From an uncultured Candidatus Saccharibacteria bacterium (GTDB taxonomy: Bacteria > Patescibacteriota > Minisyncoccia > Minisyncoccales > GWA2-46-15): a DNA stretch of 64,000 bases. The stretch lies in contig CAYTHH010000001.1 in NCBI GenBank assembly GCA_964437545.1, positions 14,381-78,380 of the forward strand. Reading direction: 5' to 3'. Both the position numbers and the translations under genes were made by a program. The first letter of the stretch is position 1, and the number at the start of each line of letters is the position of its first letter. Shown here piece by piece: positions 63,690 to 64,000 of this stretch. The notes beneath the pieces were generated by a model. It was not told where the DNA came from, did no database searches, and saw only the letters and a list, made by a program, of their open reading frames with translations.

Positions 63690-64000
63690 GTGAAACTATC
63701 AACAAAAACATATTATGGCTTAAGGGCAATCATTTGTCTTGCCGAAGAGGAAAAACCTTGCTCGGTAAGGGAAATAAGTGCCAAAGAAAAGATTCCAAGA
63801 AAGTACTTGGAAAAGATTTTTCAAGAACTTAGAAGTGACGGTTTTTTAATTTCCCACAAAGGCAGCAGCGGTGGTTATTCTTTAGCCAGACCATCTACAA
63901 AGATTAAAGCTGGTGATATTATCATGGCGCTTGAAAAAGAAGCATTTTTAACTAAATGCCAAACAAGTTGTCCCATGGCTGGTCAGTGTACCGCTAAAAC
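63690..64000 (+). CDS. Rrf2-family transcriptional regulator, partial
   Basis: GTG start; MKLSTKTYYGLRA...YLEKIF..L...SHKGSSGGYSLAR, Cys cluster C-x3-C-x5-C. Confidence 0.9.
   Translation, partial: MKLSTKTYYGLRAIICLAEEEKPCSVREISAKEKIPRKYLEKIFQELRSDGFLISHKGSSGGYSLARPSTKIKAGDIIMALEKEAFLTKCQTSCPMAGQCTAK

Noticed and set aside
1-64000. Alternative genetic code (TGA = Gly or Trp)
   Set aside because: Core genes are full length in code 11 and several end in TGA with ATGA overlaps.

Overview
AT-rich, gene-dense bacterial chromosome segment in the standard genetic code (TGA is a stop, e.g. the ATGA overlap at 6757-6760). Gene content and style point to Patescibacteria/CPR, probably Parcubacteria; this is inference, not a database result. 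Most of the window is housekeeping: acs, gap, gpmA, murC, fmt, efp, dnaX, cysS, dnaB, recR, rplU, rmuC, mutM, the mraZ-rsmH-ftsL-ftsI cluster, rplJL, mltG, pcm, def, obgE, rpmG and five tRNAs. It also holds an ECF sigma/MacAB-type locus and a decayed serine-recombinase island at tRNA-Gln. The standout is a 7.5 kb block upstream of murC with two stacked enzyme + membrane sensor kinase modules. One has a ThiF-like adenylase, a PaaK-like ligase and a multi-TM histidine kinase. The other has a GNAT-like protein, a pyruvoyl-dependent histidine decarboxylase and a second kinase, and is bounded by a perfect 88-bp direct repeat that duplicates the murC start. This looks like a swappable histamine or acyl-histamine signal/receptor system. 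Other recurring features are duplicated gene-start scars, same-isotype tRNA fragments beside tRNAs, several dispersed palindrome families (one with covarying stems, one inserted in frame in a protein), and leaderless core genes versus SD-led accessory genes.
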